A stretch of DNA of 64,000 nt from Lepidodermella squamata (lineage: Eukaryota; Animalia; Gastrotricha). Under the pieces are notes generated by a model. The model saw nothing but the letters and a program-made list of their open reading frames with translations, did no database searches and had not been told where the DNA came from. Location: the NCBI GenBank assembly GCA_047495785.1, contig JBLDXI010000017.1:310001-374000 (forward strand). Direction: 5' to 3'. The position numbers were made by a program, and so were the translations under genes. Shown here piece by piece: positions 32,357-44,931 of this stretch (its first letter is position 1; each line of letters starts with the position of its first letter).

Positions 32357-33100
32357 AAGGTTCGGGCATGCTAAAATTCTTTTCCCCCATCTAGTTTTTT
32401 TATGACTAAATTTAGAAAATTTATTAAAATCGGCATGTGAATAAACACATTTCAATCCGACCATAATTTTCCTAGCCAGCTGAACTTTATTCTTTGATGA
32501 ATCTGATGAATATATCGCATCCAGGAATATAAATGTTCTTTCTCGATTCATGGCGAACGATCCTGCTAGCCGGTGGAAAGTCCGTTTCGAAAGGCGACTT
32601 TGAAATGACATTATTCCTGTCATAGACTCCGTTATCGGCTATATCCCAAAAACTCCATCAATCTTTTCCCGCAAATGAACGAAATTTTACTTGATATCCC
32701 GCCGAATGTGAACAAATATTTATTGAAATGTTTTGATTGTCCAGTCCCTTAATATTTGTCTATGCCGTGGTTTATAGCGGCGTAGTTTCACAATTACAGA
32801 CAGATTTTATCACGTGATTTTACGTTTGTTATCACGTGCGACGCTCGAAAAAATTGGAAAACAAAATATTCGGCGCGTGCTACTCCTGTCCATGAACCCA
32901 CATGAATGTTTGCCAGTCATTCGATTCGAATTTTGGTGATCAATTTTTCATATTTGTTGTTTAATGCTTTTATTAGACAGATTGATAACCGTACATGAAT
33001 GTTTGCCCGTCATTCGATTCGAATTTTTGGAAGTTGTTAATTGTTGTGATCAATTTTCACATTTTTCATTTAGTGCTTTCATTTTTCATTAGATAGATTG

Positions 33101-36100
33101 ATGACCCCGACAAACCTGATTTCGCTTGTGCTAGCCTGCTCGGTCTTCTTCCATTTGTCGATAGCAGTCGATGAGCAGGCGACCACCGTCACATTCCACA
33201 ACGCTGACCCAACAATTAGCGATATAACAATGACTTTGTATAAAGCGTTTTATGATGGCTTCACGCCCGGCCAACCGCCGGCGAAACCCTGGCCGCTGCC
33301 CATACCTTACGCATTCAACAACAAAACCTGGAATACCGGCTCAGCCGGCGATGCAGATATTTGTGAGTTTATCTGACTGCTTTCTGCTTTTCATCTCGAA
33401 TAATTTGAATCATTTTATGATAAATTGATAGCTGAGCATGATAAAGACGTTGCAAAGCAAGCCATAGCTCTACTCGAATCAGTAACCTGCTTGCGGTTCG
33501 AGGAAAGACCGTCTATCGAATTGAACACGCCAAACTCGATTCTTTTCTTTGGATACGGGTGAGTTATTTCATTTCAATTTTTCTTAATTCGGAATCATTC
33601 GTGATCTAATTCTAGAGACGGCGAAGGATTTCATGGCGTTGATTATCCGCAAAAATTCATCGGATTCAAGCATTCCGACAGCTCTTTCGATTCCAGCATG
33701 GGGGTTAATTTTAGTTGAAACACTTCATTGAAAAAAAAATTAAAGAATTTTGGCTCAGGTACAATTTGTGATTAGAAAAATTGGCTACGTCTTAGGACTA
33801 ACGTATGAACTCAGGCGGCCGGACCGCGATCAATATCTCACTGCCCTCCCTGACTCCGGAAACAGGTTTGCTTTTATTTCGCAGAAGAGAAGATTTCTTC
33901 GACTATTTCTCGTAAGCTACCCAATTAATTCTGGGCAAACGTATTACAACGCGACTCCGTTTGATTACGAGTCACTTTTCAACCCCGTTATGGATAAGGA
34001 TGATATCCAAGGATTAACTGAGAGATATCCGCATGACCTGCGATACATACAAAGCTTGGGGCAGTCTTCTTACATATCACTGTTCGACATGGTGAAGTTG
34101 AACACGCTTTATAATTGTTTTAGTGAGTTAAAACTATTTTCCTTTAAAAATCAAAGAATGGCGTTAAACTTTCATTTCAGGTTCAGATCCTTGCAAGAAC
34201 TCAAAAATCACATGCCAAAACGGTGGTTACCTGAATCCGAGCGTGAACTGTACGAAATGCTTCTGTCCGGTTGGCCTGGGTGGCGATTTCTGCGAAGCCC
34301 CGTACCCAACAGATACAGCGAACGGCTGCGGCGGCGAAATCTTTGTGAAACCCTGCACTGTCGTCAACATATCAACTCCTGGGGATGGCATAGCGAATTC
34401 TAAGAGCTGTTCGTGGCGTGTCACAACGGTTCGAAAGTTATTCATTCTTGCTATTCCGATGTATTATTTCTCTTTCAGGGTGACAAGAGTGGATTGGTGT
34501 TCGCTTTTCCAAGTTCCATGGTTTCCCTAGAAGCTTTTAGTTGGAAATTTGATTCATGTGAATATTCGCTAAATTAATTCTTTTCAGAATGGTTCAATTG
34601 TATGAACTTTATAATGATGAGAGGATTGGGACCCGAGAGCAGAGTTCCAGGATTTATGTAAACCTCGTTTGGAAATAAGGGCTCTTATCCGCTAATTTCT
34701 TCCTCTATCGCATTTATAGGTTCTGCCAATACGCTCCTAGGCAAGGTCGTATCTTCGTGACAAACCAAAATCAAGCTTTGGTCTACTCAAGCATACCGTA
34801 CCAAGAGGACGACGGTGTCACTCTTACGGTCTACGCAACATGCCCTGGTGTGAAAGCAACCGAGTTGACCCGAGAATGCCGAATCACACCGAACGCGAAT
34901 GATTATGAAGGATTTCTCTTGACCAAGACCTCAACGGGCATAACATGCTCCTACTGGTCCAAAACTACCTGGAGATATTATGGTTTTCCTAGGGGCGATG
35001 TCAATGCCTCGGGAAATGCGTGCCGTGGTTCCTCATTACCTCCTTATTTGGTATGCTGGCATTTTGAATATGGCTATAGCGCATGCGAGAATGACGACAG
35101 AATAAAAAGCTGCAGTAAGTTATTATAAATTATTACCACTGTCGCCCTTGAACATGAATCTAAGACCTAAGTCAAATGTTTTCGTGCACATCCTTGACTT
35201 GCTGCCCAGATTTGCGCATAACCATGTAACGCATAAACCACGCGCGACGCCGGCGTAATACGCTATTACCGTTAGTCACAAGTCGAATGTCGCCCATGCC
35301 AAAATAGTACTAATTGCATGTGTACGACAGCGTATTCATCTTGGAGTAATAGTACATGGAGTGAGGACTCCCTTTATCTGCGCGCACTATCAGTCAGCAA
35401 AGGCTGAGTGGCCCAGCGTGGTGCCCGCTCTAACACGTAACTCAAGTGCGCACGTGACCAACTACGGCGCCCAATCCGCTTCAAGCGTCCCTGGTGATCG
35501 CTAAGCAGCTCTTACTCTTGGGAAAGACTTAGCAAAATAAAGCCATTTTATTGTTAGTCGGCTAGGATTGTTAATATTATCATCATTATTATCATTATAA
35601 GTGTGAGTGAATGTTGTTAGCGCTATTTACGTTTTTAGTAAGGCAGCGAGGAAGAAATGAATTCGTTTGCAGTATTATTTTTTTTCGAATTGCGCGTATA
35701 GTCATTATTAAGACCAGCTCTCAATTGAATAGTAGTAGGAGAAGCATTATCTCTGTCTAACAAAGTGATTCGTTTAGCGAAAATGTTCTGAATAATTTTA
35801 GCCATAGGCTTAATACTAGCGAGAGAGGGCGAAGACTGAGGATTTTTCTGGTATAAAGAATAAAATAATTTCTCGGCGAATTCGAACTCGAACCAGCAGT
35901 CGCGGTACGGGGCGGAAACTGCTTCACGAACAACAGCCAGAGCTTCAGCGTTGGGTTTCACTAGGCCGCCGCGGCTCAGAAAGCCATCGGGTTGACTGTC
36001 GTCGGGTTTCAGCTTCAACTGCCGGGTGATGTAGCCGGCGACGTGGGCATTCGACCTCTCATCGATGTTCAAATTGGCTGGCAAAGCGACGCGAAACAAC

Positions 36101-39100
36101 GGGTTGGAATGAGTCGCGAGTTTTGTTGTTTTCTTCAATCGCCGCGCAGTTGACAATTTCAATGACTTGATCCGATGGCGCTTCACGTTAGCACCCTTCG
36201 AAAAACCGAAATTCGACCCAACATATCGAAGAACAGATAGTTTTTGAAGGAGTCGAGTCATTGTCGGGTGACGAGCACCGCCGAGACCGCACCTGATCTG
36301 ACTGAACAACTGTTCCAAGGGGTCGCTGTTAAAACGCGCAGTAAGGACGTATTCGACACCCTCGCCAAGCAGCTTCTCGACCAGTCGAATGATGGCTTCG
36401 GTCGAAGTTAAAATGCCGTCGAAGGTCTGCTCAGAAATTTTGTTGTTGCTATTAGCTTGAGAAGACTGCCGTTCTCGAAACCAGGCGCAAAACTCGCGAA
36501 GCCAGACCAGCCGTTCGTCGTCGACGCTGGTGAAGGGAGCCAGGTTGTCATTTCGCTGGCCAAGATAGTTGTAGCAGCTGCTGACGTTCAAACAGTCGAA
36601 CCAGCGGTTGAACTTGCTGATTACCGGCGCCATGGCCTGAGCGTGCTTGTAAAGAGGATGACCAGGCTTGAACTCAGCCAGCAACGCCCGCGCCATGGTT
36701 TCGCTGAAAATTTCGGCGGCGAAGGCAACCCGCATTTTCAGCGAGTTGTTGCTCAGAATCTTGACGAGGTTCGTCGGGTTGAATTTCTTGTACATTCGAA
36801 GTACACGTTGTTTATCGATGTTCAAAACTTCGATCAGCACTTCCCAGAGAAACCGAGCGCCGTCTTCATCGAGTTCCCATGGCCTCTTGCTCAAGTTGTT
36901 GCGCAAAGTCTAAATGAAAAATAATTTAAAAATTAATTTCAGTTTTCAGAAATTTTCTAAATTTTTCACGATTTTTTTTTAATTTTTAATTTTACAATTT
37001 ATTTATTTTATTTTAAATTAAATGCAACAAACCTTCAAGAGATGAGGGACGTCGAAAATAACTTCAATCGCTTCACCTCGAGCATTCATGATTGGATTCG
37101 TCTCCAAGTAGTTGCGAAGCTCACGATTTTTGCCATCGCCGTCAAACGTCAGCCACATTCCATGACAGTCATGCTCGGCGAGTTGCGAGATGATTTCGTC
37201 GATACACGACGCGATCTCGGACGATTCAACCGCCTTGTAGACAGGGAAGGATCCGACGCAAAGGGCGAGAGGCGATTCGACGAAGCGAAGCATGACACAG
37301 AGTGCTTTGACCGCCGGTTCATCTGGGTCATCAACAGCTCGGCCGTTCACCATGCCGCCAGCCAGAACCTCTGTCTTACCATTGACGGCAACTTCGTCGA
37401 TTTCGACGCCGAAGAAACGAAATGGGCGCGGATTTTCTTTAATTTCCTCAATAAGGGCAGTCATGGTTGATTGATGCAACCCAGCCGTATATTCGTACGG
37501 AACCGCCTGTTGAAGCGTGGTTCGATGAGGCAACGGCAAAAGGCCAGCTTCCCGAACGAACGAGTAGCCACAAGGGCTCTTGAGGTACAGCGATAGAGAC
37601 ATCGTCATGTAGAGGGGCGAATATCTAAAAAAAATTAAGTAAGCATGTAAAAATTCCATGATAAATTCTAAAAAAATATTTTGAAAATTTTAGAAAATCC
37701 AAGAAAGAGCTAAGAATTTTGGGAATTTTTAAGAAGTTTTAAAATTTACCTCCGGCCTTGGTCCTTCTTCTTGCGGTGGTCGGCCGCCTCAGCGAGAAGC
37801 TGGTTGAACTGCTCTTTCGTGAAGTGCAGAAATTTGAAGTTTTCTTCATCAGCTGCCGTCGATTCAGAGGCACCCAGCTGCATAGCCGATTCGATGACCG
37901 GAATTCGACGTTGAAGTTCAGCCTTTTCTTCGCGGCACTTTCGAAGTTGAGCTTCAGTTAGAGCCAGAGCTTCGGCTTGACGTTTGCTTTCAGCCTCGGC
38001 CTTTTCTAAGGCTTTGTTGAACTTTCGCCGTAAATAAGAGTTATTTTCAATGAGTTGTTGATTTGTTGCTTTTGAAGATTCGGGCGTATCAAATTTGGTG
38101 ATTTTTATTTGAGTAGTCGGCGTTGCGGGCTTGTTAGGTACTTGCTGGCAGACCGGATCTGTCCCTACACCAAGGTGAACTACTGGCGGGCGAGCGTCGA
38201 CGGCTACATGATGAAGTGACGGCTGAACTTGAACAGCAACCGATGCCGTGGGCAACAAATCGGTTTGAGTAGACGAGTCGATCATGACCGGCGGCGGCCC
38301 TCGGCCACATTCGCAAGGCGGCGGTTCTTCGACGTCCAACTTGCGTTTTTTGCTGAGGCTGGCAGCTTTAACTTTATTAGCATTGCCTGCCTTACCAGAG
38401 CCCTTATTTCGACCCATATTGCATAGCAATAACGTATTTTAGAATAGTTAGTGTTAAGCGAGAGTAGAGAAGTGTTTAATCCCACTCAAAATAACGCTCA
38501 AACCAGATGCGCGCGCACCTGGTCAAGTCGCACATCAGGTCGATTTATTTCACACAAACACGCCGCCTTCTTGAATATAAGTGTTATGTATTATATATGT
38601 ACTCATAGATCACGTCAAGAGCTATCGACTGGTGTAAGCCACTTTGAATTCCAAGATAGCCTCTCGAAATAAATGGTACCACAAAATCATGGAAAAAAAC
38701 CATGTTTTGATTAATAAGTCAGGAACGGGATATCATATTGAAATAATTTTTTGATGTACCGATGCGCCATATCGTCAGTTACTTACCTGTAAAATTTCAT
38801 CTAATTATCATTTACCGTCTTCAAAAAAACGGTACCAACGTTTTTGGCTTAGCGAGACACAGTCGCGCGAGGCGAGGTTTTGCACACGTGCGCGAGGCGA
38901 GCGGCGCGCCCCCCGTTGTGCGCGCGATACGATCTCTATAATAGGCGAGTCCTCACTCCATGTCTATTCCTCCAAGGTATTCATAGGAGGATTGAAAACA
39001 GGTGAATGACGCCATGTCATGAGAGTCAGCATGTCATCGATGTTGTGTGTCAATGTCGTGCGCACAACTGCACGCGACATCGACTGGCACACCCTAATCC

Positions 39101-40091
39101 TCCTGTAAATGGGATTCATTTTTTGATACCCCCTACTGATGCTTTTTGCCGACGGACCGACAGAACGGAACACGAACCACGACATTGCGAGTTCCCCGTC
39201 ACACGACTTCTCATTTTTTACTGATACACACACATCCTCCTGAAAAAGGGACTCATTTTTGACAACAATAACACATACTACTTTGACGACGGACAGACCG
39301 ACGGAACGGAACACGCCCCGCGACAACGGAGTTCCCCGTCATTGTTTCATTTTTCAACTCAAAACTATCCGGCAATCTACCTTAATAGTGATAACTGATA
39401 ACCAAACAAGAATTACAATGTCCATGTTTTCCTTATAGCTCAATTGGCTTCGCGTTGCATCAACTCGGTAACTGGCCAGTTCGAAGCGTGCAGGCCGTAC
39501 TGCTTAGAGGGCGAGACTCCCTTCAAAGAATGGACAATTCGTTTCACGGATACTTGCAACAAAGGCGTGAGTCGCGTACTGGAATTTTTTCAACAGTTTA
39601 ACTTTTTGCTCCGCAGAACGTCAAAAAATGCGTCAGTGGTTCGACGTTCCGCTGCATTTCCGGAGACCAAGGCTGCCTTGCCGATGAGAGCAAAATCGTA
39701 AGGAGATGAGAAATCAGCAAATGCTTGCATATTTATTGCATCAATTTTACTCGATTCAGATGTTCAACACATTCGCCTATTTCGGCCGAAATTTGCTGGC
39801 GTGTAATCATCGGGCTGACCTCAATTGGGTACTCCTGGCTATAGACTATAAAATTGCTCTAATGATATTCTTATGAACAGAAATACGTCCGCTGCAATCG
39901 CAACGTACCAGGAAAGCCATTTGCCGAATGCCGACGCGCAGATTTCGGATGCAAACCGACTGAAGTGGGTGACCTAAAATTTGAGTCGTTTTTGTATGCG
40001 CCAAATGCCAAATTGTCTACCTGATTCTCATTAGGTTTTGGATCCAACGCCGCCGTACACGGATCCTTTCAAGTGCTACGGGGGTGTCTGA
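33101..40091 (+). CDS. Secreted astacin-like pseudoprotease copy A: inactive astacin, EGF, CUB, kringle-like and Cys-rich tail. Multi-exon, with a P element in intron 35115-39438.
   Basis: WPLPIPYAF and AIALLESVTCLRFEER. The zinc-motif position reads IRKIGYVLGLTYELRRPDRD and the Met-turn position reads FDYESLFNP. EGF: CQNGGYLNPSVNCTKCFCPVGLGGDFC. CUB: CGGEI..CSWRV. Kringle-like: ECRITP..YEG..TSTGITCSYWS..NACR. Ends TDPFKCYGGV*. Confidence 0.82.
35340..38976 (-). mobile_element. P-element superfamily DNA transposon, 3,637 bp, apparently full length
   Basis: Imperfect ~30-bp TIRs CTTGGAGTAATAGTACATGGAGTGAGGACTC / GAGTCCTCACTCCATGTCTATTCCTCCAAG. 8-bp TSD GTATTCAT at 35332-39 and 38977-84. Internal spliced transposase gene. 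Confidence 0.93.
35635..38417 (-). CDS. P-element (THAP9-like) transposase. Exons 38417-37750, 37624-37033, 36909-35635.
   Basis: RRYSP..LSLYLKSPCGYSFVR..LPLPHRTTL. DDE-core motifs IDEVAV, FDGDGKN, FDVPHLLK|TLRNNL, KMRVAFAAEIFS, FDCLN and ARFNSDPLEQLFSQIR. Introns join in frame. Confidence 0.9.
39080..39345. repeat. Two degenerate ~130-bp tandem units in the intron flanking the P element
   Basis: Repeated ATCCTCCTG.AAA.GGGA.TCATTTTT ... GACGGA...GAACGGAACACG...GAGTTCCCCGTCA. Confidence 0.6.
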
Positions 40092-41657
40092 AACTGTCAA
40101 ACTAGCTGTGCTACTTCAATAAAGCTGGAACTTGCATCATGCTTGAATTTCAAACATCAATAATTATTTGTGACCTGAAATGATTCCCAATGAAATATCA
40201 ATTTAGCATATTAGGCTCGATTCCATTTCGGTGATATATTGACTGTTGATGTTTGTGAAAATAAATTCAAGGCTTATGTGTTCAAATGCCATTGTCATCA
40301 AATTAGTTTTAGCCATCCCGACTCAAAAAATATTTGAAAATTGAAAAAAATAATTAAACATTTTCTCCTCTCGCGACGATGCTGTGCCGCGCGTGTTAGA
40401 GCTGCGCTGATTAATCGCGTGCGGCCTTTATTTCGATTGGTTTTTTTAAATAACACAATTTTGCGGCGATTATTCGCGTGCGGCCTTTATTCGGAATGCG
40501 GCCTTTATTCAAGTAAATACGGTATTTTTTCGTTCTAAATTAATTCCAGAGTGTCGATTCAGCTTTTCTGTCGAGGAAAAATGCAGCGCCTAGCCTATAT
40601 TGTTCTGCATCGACTTATAAAGAGAAATTTGAATTTTTAGAAAATATCGATGTCGATTTTTCCAATAATCCAAAAATTACCCTAGCACAGGGTAAATTCG
40701 GACAGGGTAAATTTGGGCACTTTGGCTTCGCAGGTGAATAGCTTTATAACGCCGGGATAAATAATATTATACGTAGGCAACTCAAAGATGTCGTTTTGTG
40801 AAACCCCCTCATCTCCCAAAAAAATGAAATAACCATTTTGGGACGAAAATTGGCAAGGATATCCTAGGAGCGCTGTTTTCTCAGTTATTGAAAGAAAAAT
40901 GAAGATTGAACGATTGGTTTTTGCAGGGCATTCACCTTAAGTTCAGGGGAAAATTGGGTAATTTTGGACTTTAGAAAGATGTTATTGTTGATTAATGAAG
41001 GAAAAGATAAAATAAAGAAAATGCTAATGCTAGAAAGATGCGGCAGAGCAAAAAATTATTTTCTCAATTTTTTTAAAACCAGATGTAAATTAGCGTGTCC
41101 TGAATTGCCCGCTAATTGTCCAACATTAGCGAAACTGCTCTAGATTGCCAAAAATTAGGTAAAACGCTTAAAATTGCAAAATGTTACCGATAAATCGGGG
41201 CTCAACTTACACACATTTGTGCCATAAATAATCGATTTCTGGATTAGGACTGAGTATTCATCCTCGAAAAACACAAGGTGCTGTCCAAAATTGCCCTCCT
41301 CGACGGAATTGCAAAAAAACGGTGGACTGTATATATTGGGTTTTCATGCTATAAATTATGAATACGTAGAAATTCATACTGAATCCAATGGCTGAATCCC
41401 AAAGTAAAAACGATGGTAATTACAAATGATTGTGTAGGTAAAAGTGAGTGATTAACACAGGAAAATAAAGAATTTACAGCAGCTTTTAACGGATTCGTTT
41501 TTAGCTAGTCGGAGGTTGCGAGTTATATAGCCCGAACTTATAATCTTGGAAAATTTGCCCCAATATGCCAAGGGAAAAGAAACTAAAAATATTACAGGAA
41601 AATTCATTTTCTTAGCTTACTTTACGCGCAATAACAACAACCGTATAACGCCATAAT

Positions 41658-42376
41658 CAGGGTTGTGATCGAAGGAAAAGTATACATTTGCAATTTCCCT
41701 TACGCAACAATAAATGAGCCGATTAAAGCCAAATTTTACCTGGCGTTAGCTATTAGCTATACCTAAGAGCTTTTTCTTTTATATTTACGTAACAATTTCG
41801 GCTGTGTTTATCACGATGATGAGGGCATTCACACTATTTTTGAAGCGTTCGATGTCAACACGTTGCGGGAAGCAAGTTTTTGGAAGCTCATTCCAGGTGT
41901 CCACCAATTTCACTAGCCGTGGTAGGGCTCGATAGACTTTCGCCTGTTATCCAACGCAAATTTTGACACCAATGCCACTTGATACTGCAAGTATCAGCTA
42001 CCTATGGCAAAACAATTGGCCCGTAAGGATTATCCATTCGAACGTTTTCGCACGACAATTTTCTTTCGACAACGGGGAAAACCTTTTCCATCCGACCAAT
42101 GTCTTATTTCATCCGACAATCAAAAATGTGGCTAAAACCTGCCGACTAGCTTTTTCATATTTTGAAAAAATTACAGTAAAAAAGTGACAACTCGGATCGC
42201 CATACTCTTTCACCATAAAATTCTGCCGGTCCAGGGGCCAAAATAGGGTGCATTAAAAGCCCCTACAGCAAAATCGAACTCGGGATAATCGAGAAGATCG
42301 ATATCTTCATGTCGGATGATTTTAGTCACATTTAGGTTGTCGGATGAAAAAAGTCACACCCTCGATCACAACCCTG
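41658..42376. mobile_element. MITE with 15-bp TIRs
   Basis: CAGGGTTGTGATCGA ... TCGATCACAACCCTG, with AAT on both flanks. Confidence 0.7.
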
Positions 42377-44931
42377 AATGTGTGTCATAAAATTATTTCT
42401 ACATGTAATTAATTAATTGCAACGTAGCCGACTGCGAATGGCCTCAATTTTTCGATCAAGGATTATGGTTCTGTTAAGGGTCGAACCACAAATAATCGCC
42501 GCATTTTTATAGCTCTTCGTCGAAGAAATGGCATGAGACGCCGCGGCTCGTTTTAAGGGTGTTTTCTTTTATTCTCCCCGGAATTTCGGGAAGGTCGGGT
42601 GTAGGCAACGGATGGCAGATTTTTCAATATAAACACCAGAGGTTTTCGGGCAATGAAGACTTCTACACAGCTCCAAATATTCAATACAAGTTGAACTTCA
42701 GAAGTGAATAAAAAACACACCCTGTAAGAACGCCTGGTTTTTGTGTTATTTTTTAATGAGGTCTAAAGGTCATCGTGGCGGTAAATAATCTCATTAGTAG
42801 CTAGTAGCGATCGCTTTTTTCCGTGAGCGACCAGCAAAAAAAATCTCATTCATAAAAGGCACGTGTTTACGCAAAGATCAGCTTTTTTGCAGCTATCTCG
42901 ATCTCGATCTTGAGAAAACGACGAGTTTCGCGCGCGGTATCTTGTAATTTGAATGAAAAAAATGCACGTGTAAAAATATTTTTAAATGGCAAATAATTAT
43001 AATAAATAATTATTACGGAATGGCTGCTCGTACATTTTTGCTACTCGTAGTACATATATTTCACAAATATTTCTGCTGAACTTTGAAATTATATGGATTA
43101 ATCAATTTTGATCGCAAATGTTCCACATTTTAACCATATGTGCATCGAGGCGTGGCCAGGCTCCCCTCAAAGTTTGGCTTGTATAGGGTGAATACCCATT
43201 ACAGTACGAGCAGAGTCACTCTAATTATTAATTTGCCACAAAATTCATTTATTTAGACCGGCTTCACGTCGTGTTCCGGCACGTGACGCAGAGATTTTTG
43301 TTTTAAGGAGGATTCAAGCCCCGGCGTCCTATAGTACGTCTCATGAGAAATGGAAACATAAATCCCGCGGCCCTTGAACACAAAATTCGGCATTTACTGA
43401 TTATACTGATTATATAAATGCCTATCCGCTTTGTTTGTTATAATTTTACGAGAAATCTTTAGAAATATGAAGATAATTCAGGTAGAAAATTCAGCGATAA
43501 TTTTTCTTGCGGTTTCAGAAACAGAACAGAACAGAACAGAAAATCGCGGCGATTTTCGAATCCTCGTTCTCGATGGGGCCTCGCACCTCGGTGTTGCTCA
43601 CGCGTACCAATTTTTGCCTCCGATAATTCGACGTCGTGAATATTTCTTGATGCGCTAAGAGAATCGGTATACCTCGCGCGATTTTTAAGCGATCAATTAA
43701 TAAATTTTACGGCAATTTTTTGTTGAAAAGCAGTCGAGAAATACCTTGACAAATAATTAACATTCAATGTTTGGCATGCTCACTTTGTTGGCATCGGCTT
43801 ATTATATCGTGATCATTGGAATTATAAGGGACTAAGAAAGAAAATGTGTGTGTGTAAATACTGATGAAAAGCTCATTTGGACAAGTTAATTCGGCGCCCT
43901 CTTGTCTAGATTTAGCGACCGAATAATTTTGCGCTCTTCTGTCTTGCGCCCATTTGTCTTTCACCCGTAAGTCGGCGCCCTTATACGTCCTACCACGCCC
44001 AGTCATCCTATCCGATTTGACAGACAATTTTATCACGTTGCGAATGATTTGAGAAAATAGAGCACCCCGCCCCAACTTCGGCTACTTCCTACATTCGGCC
44101 GCTACGACCTTCTGATGAAAAAAATGTGATAAAAAATGAAAAATAATCGAATAAAGAAATAATGTTTATTTTTATTCAAAAAATGTCCGGGTTTTATTTA
44201 AATTTAAAATAAAAAATGGCCCGGACAAGCGCTATTCGCCATAATACTGCTCGACCCTTTCTTTCGACGACCATTTTAATATTAATTTTTTCTATTTAAT
44301 TGCTGTCAGCTTAATGCTTTGGATGAAGGGAAGGACATAATAAAAATGTTTTTCGTTCATCGAGACAGGCCCGGAATCACTTTCCACGTCTCATATCGTT
44401 AGCGTCGTTGAATAACTCGGATTTAGGCTTTATACATCCCTTTCAAGGTGATAGATGACAAGTAAAAAATCGGGCCTTGATTTTAGTTTATTCCTGTTTT
44501 GTTTAAATTCGATCAATTTGTCCGGCCTCATTTTTCTAATTTTTAAAAGCATTAATTTTGTCTCAAGTCTCAATGCTCCTCCAAATCAAGCCGACGGATT
44601 GTTTTTCGGCTCTGCGCCTCGAGGAGGAATTGAATCATTTCGGTATAATTGAAATGGCTTGAGTGTCCAGTCTCTTGTTATTATTTTTCTATGCCCGTAG
44701 TTTATAGCGGCGTAGTTTCACAATTACAGACACATTTTATCACGTGATTTTACGTTTTTTATCGCGTGCGATGCTCGAAATTTGAAAAACAAAACATTCG
44801 GCGCGTGCGACTCCGTGCTGCTCCTGTCCGTGAAACCGCACATGAATGTTTGCCAGTCATTCGACATTCATTCGAATTTCGGCGATCAATTTTTTCAAAT
44901 TTTTCATTTAGTCCTTTCATTAGATAGATTG

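Noticed and set aside
35355-38962. P-element boundaries at CATGGAG...CTCCATG
   Set aside because: There is no TSD at these positions. Extending to 35340-38976 gives a perfect 8-bp TSD.
40685-41310. Possible MITE with GGGTAAATT(C/T)GG ends, and similar weak candidates at about 42555-42726 and 43880-44100
   Set aside because: Termini and TSDs could not be fixed. They are probably old repeat remnants.
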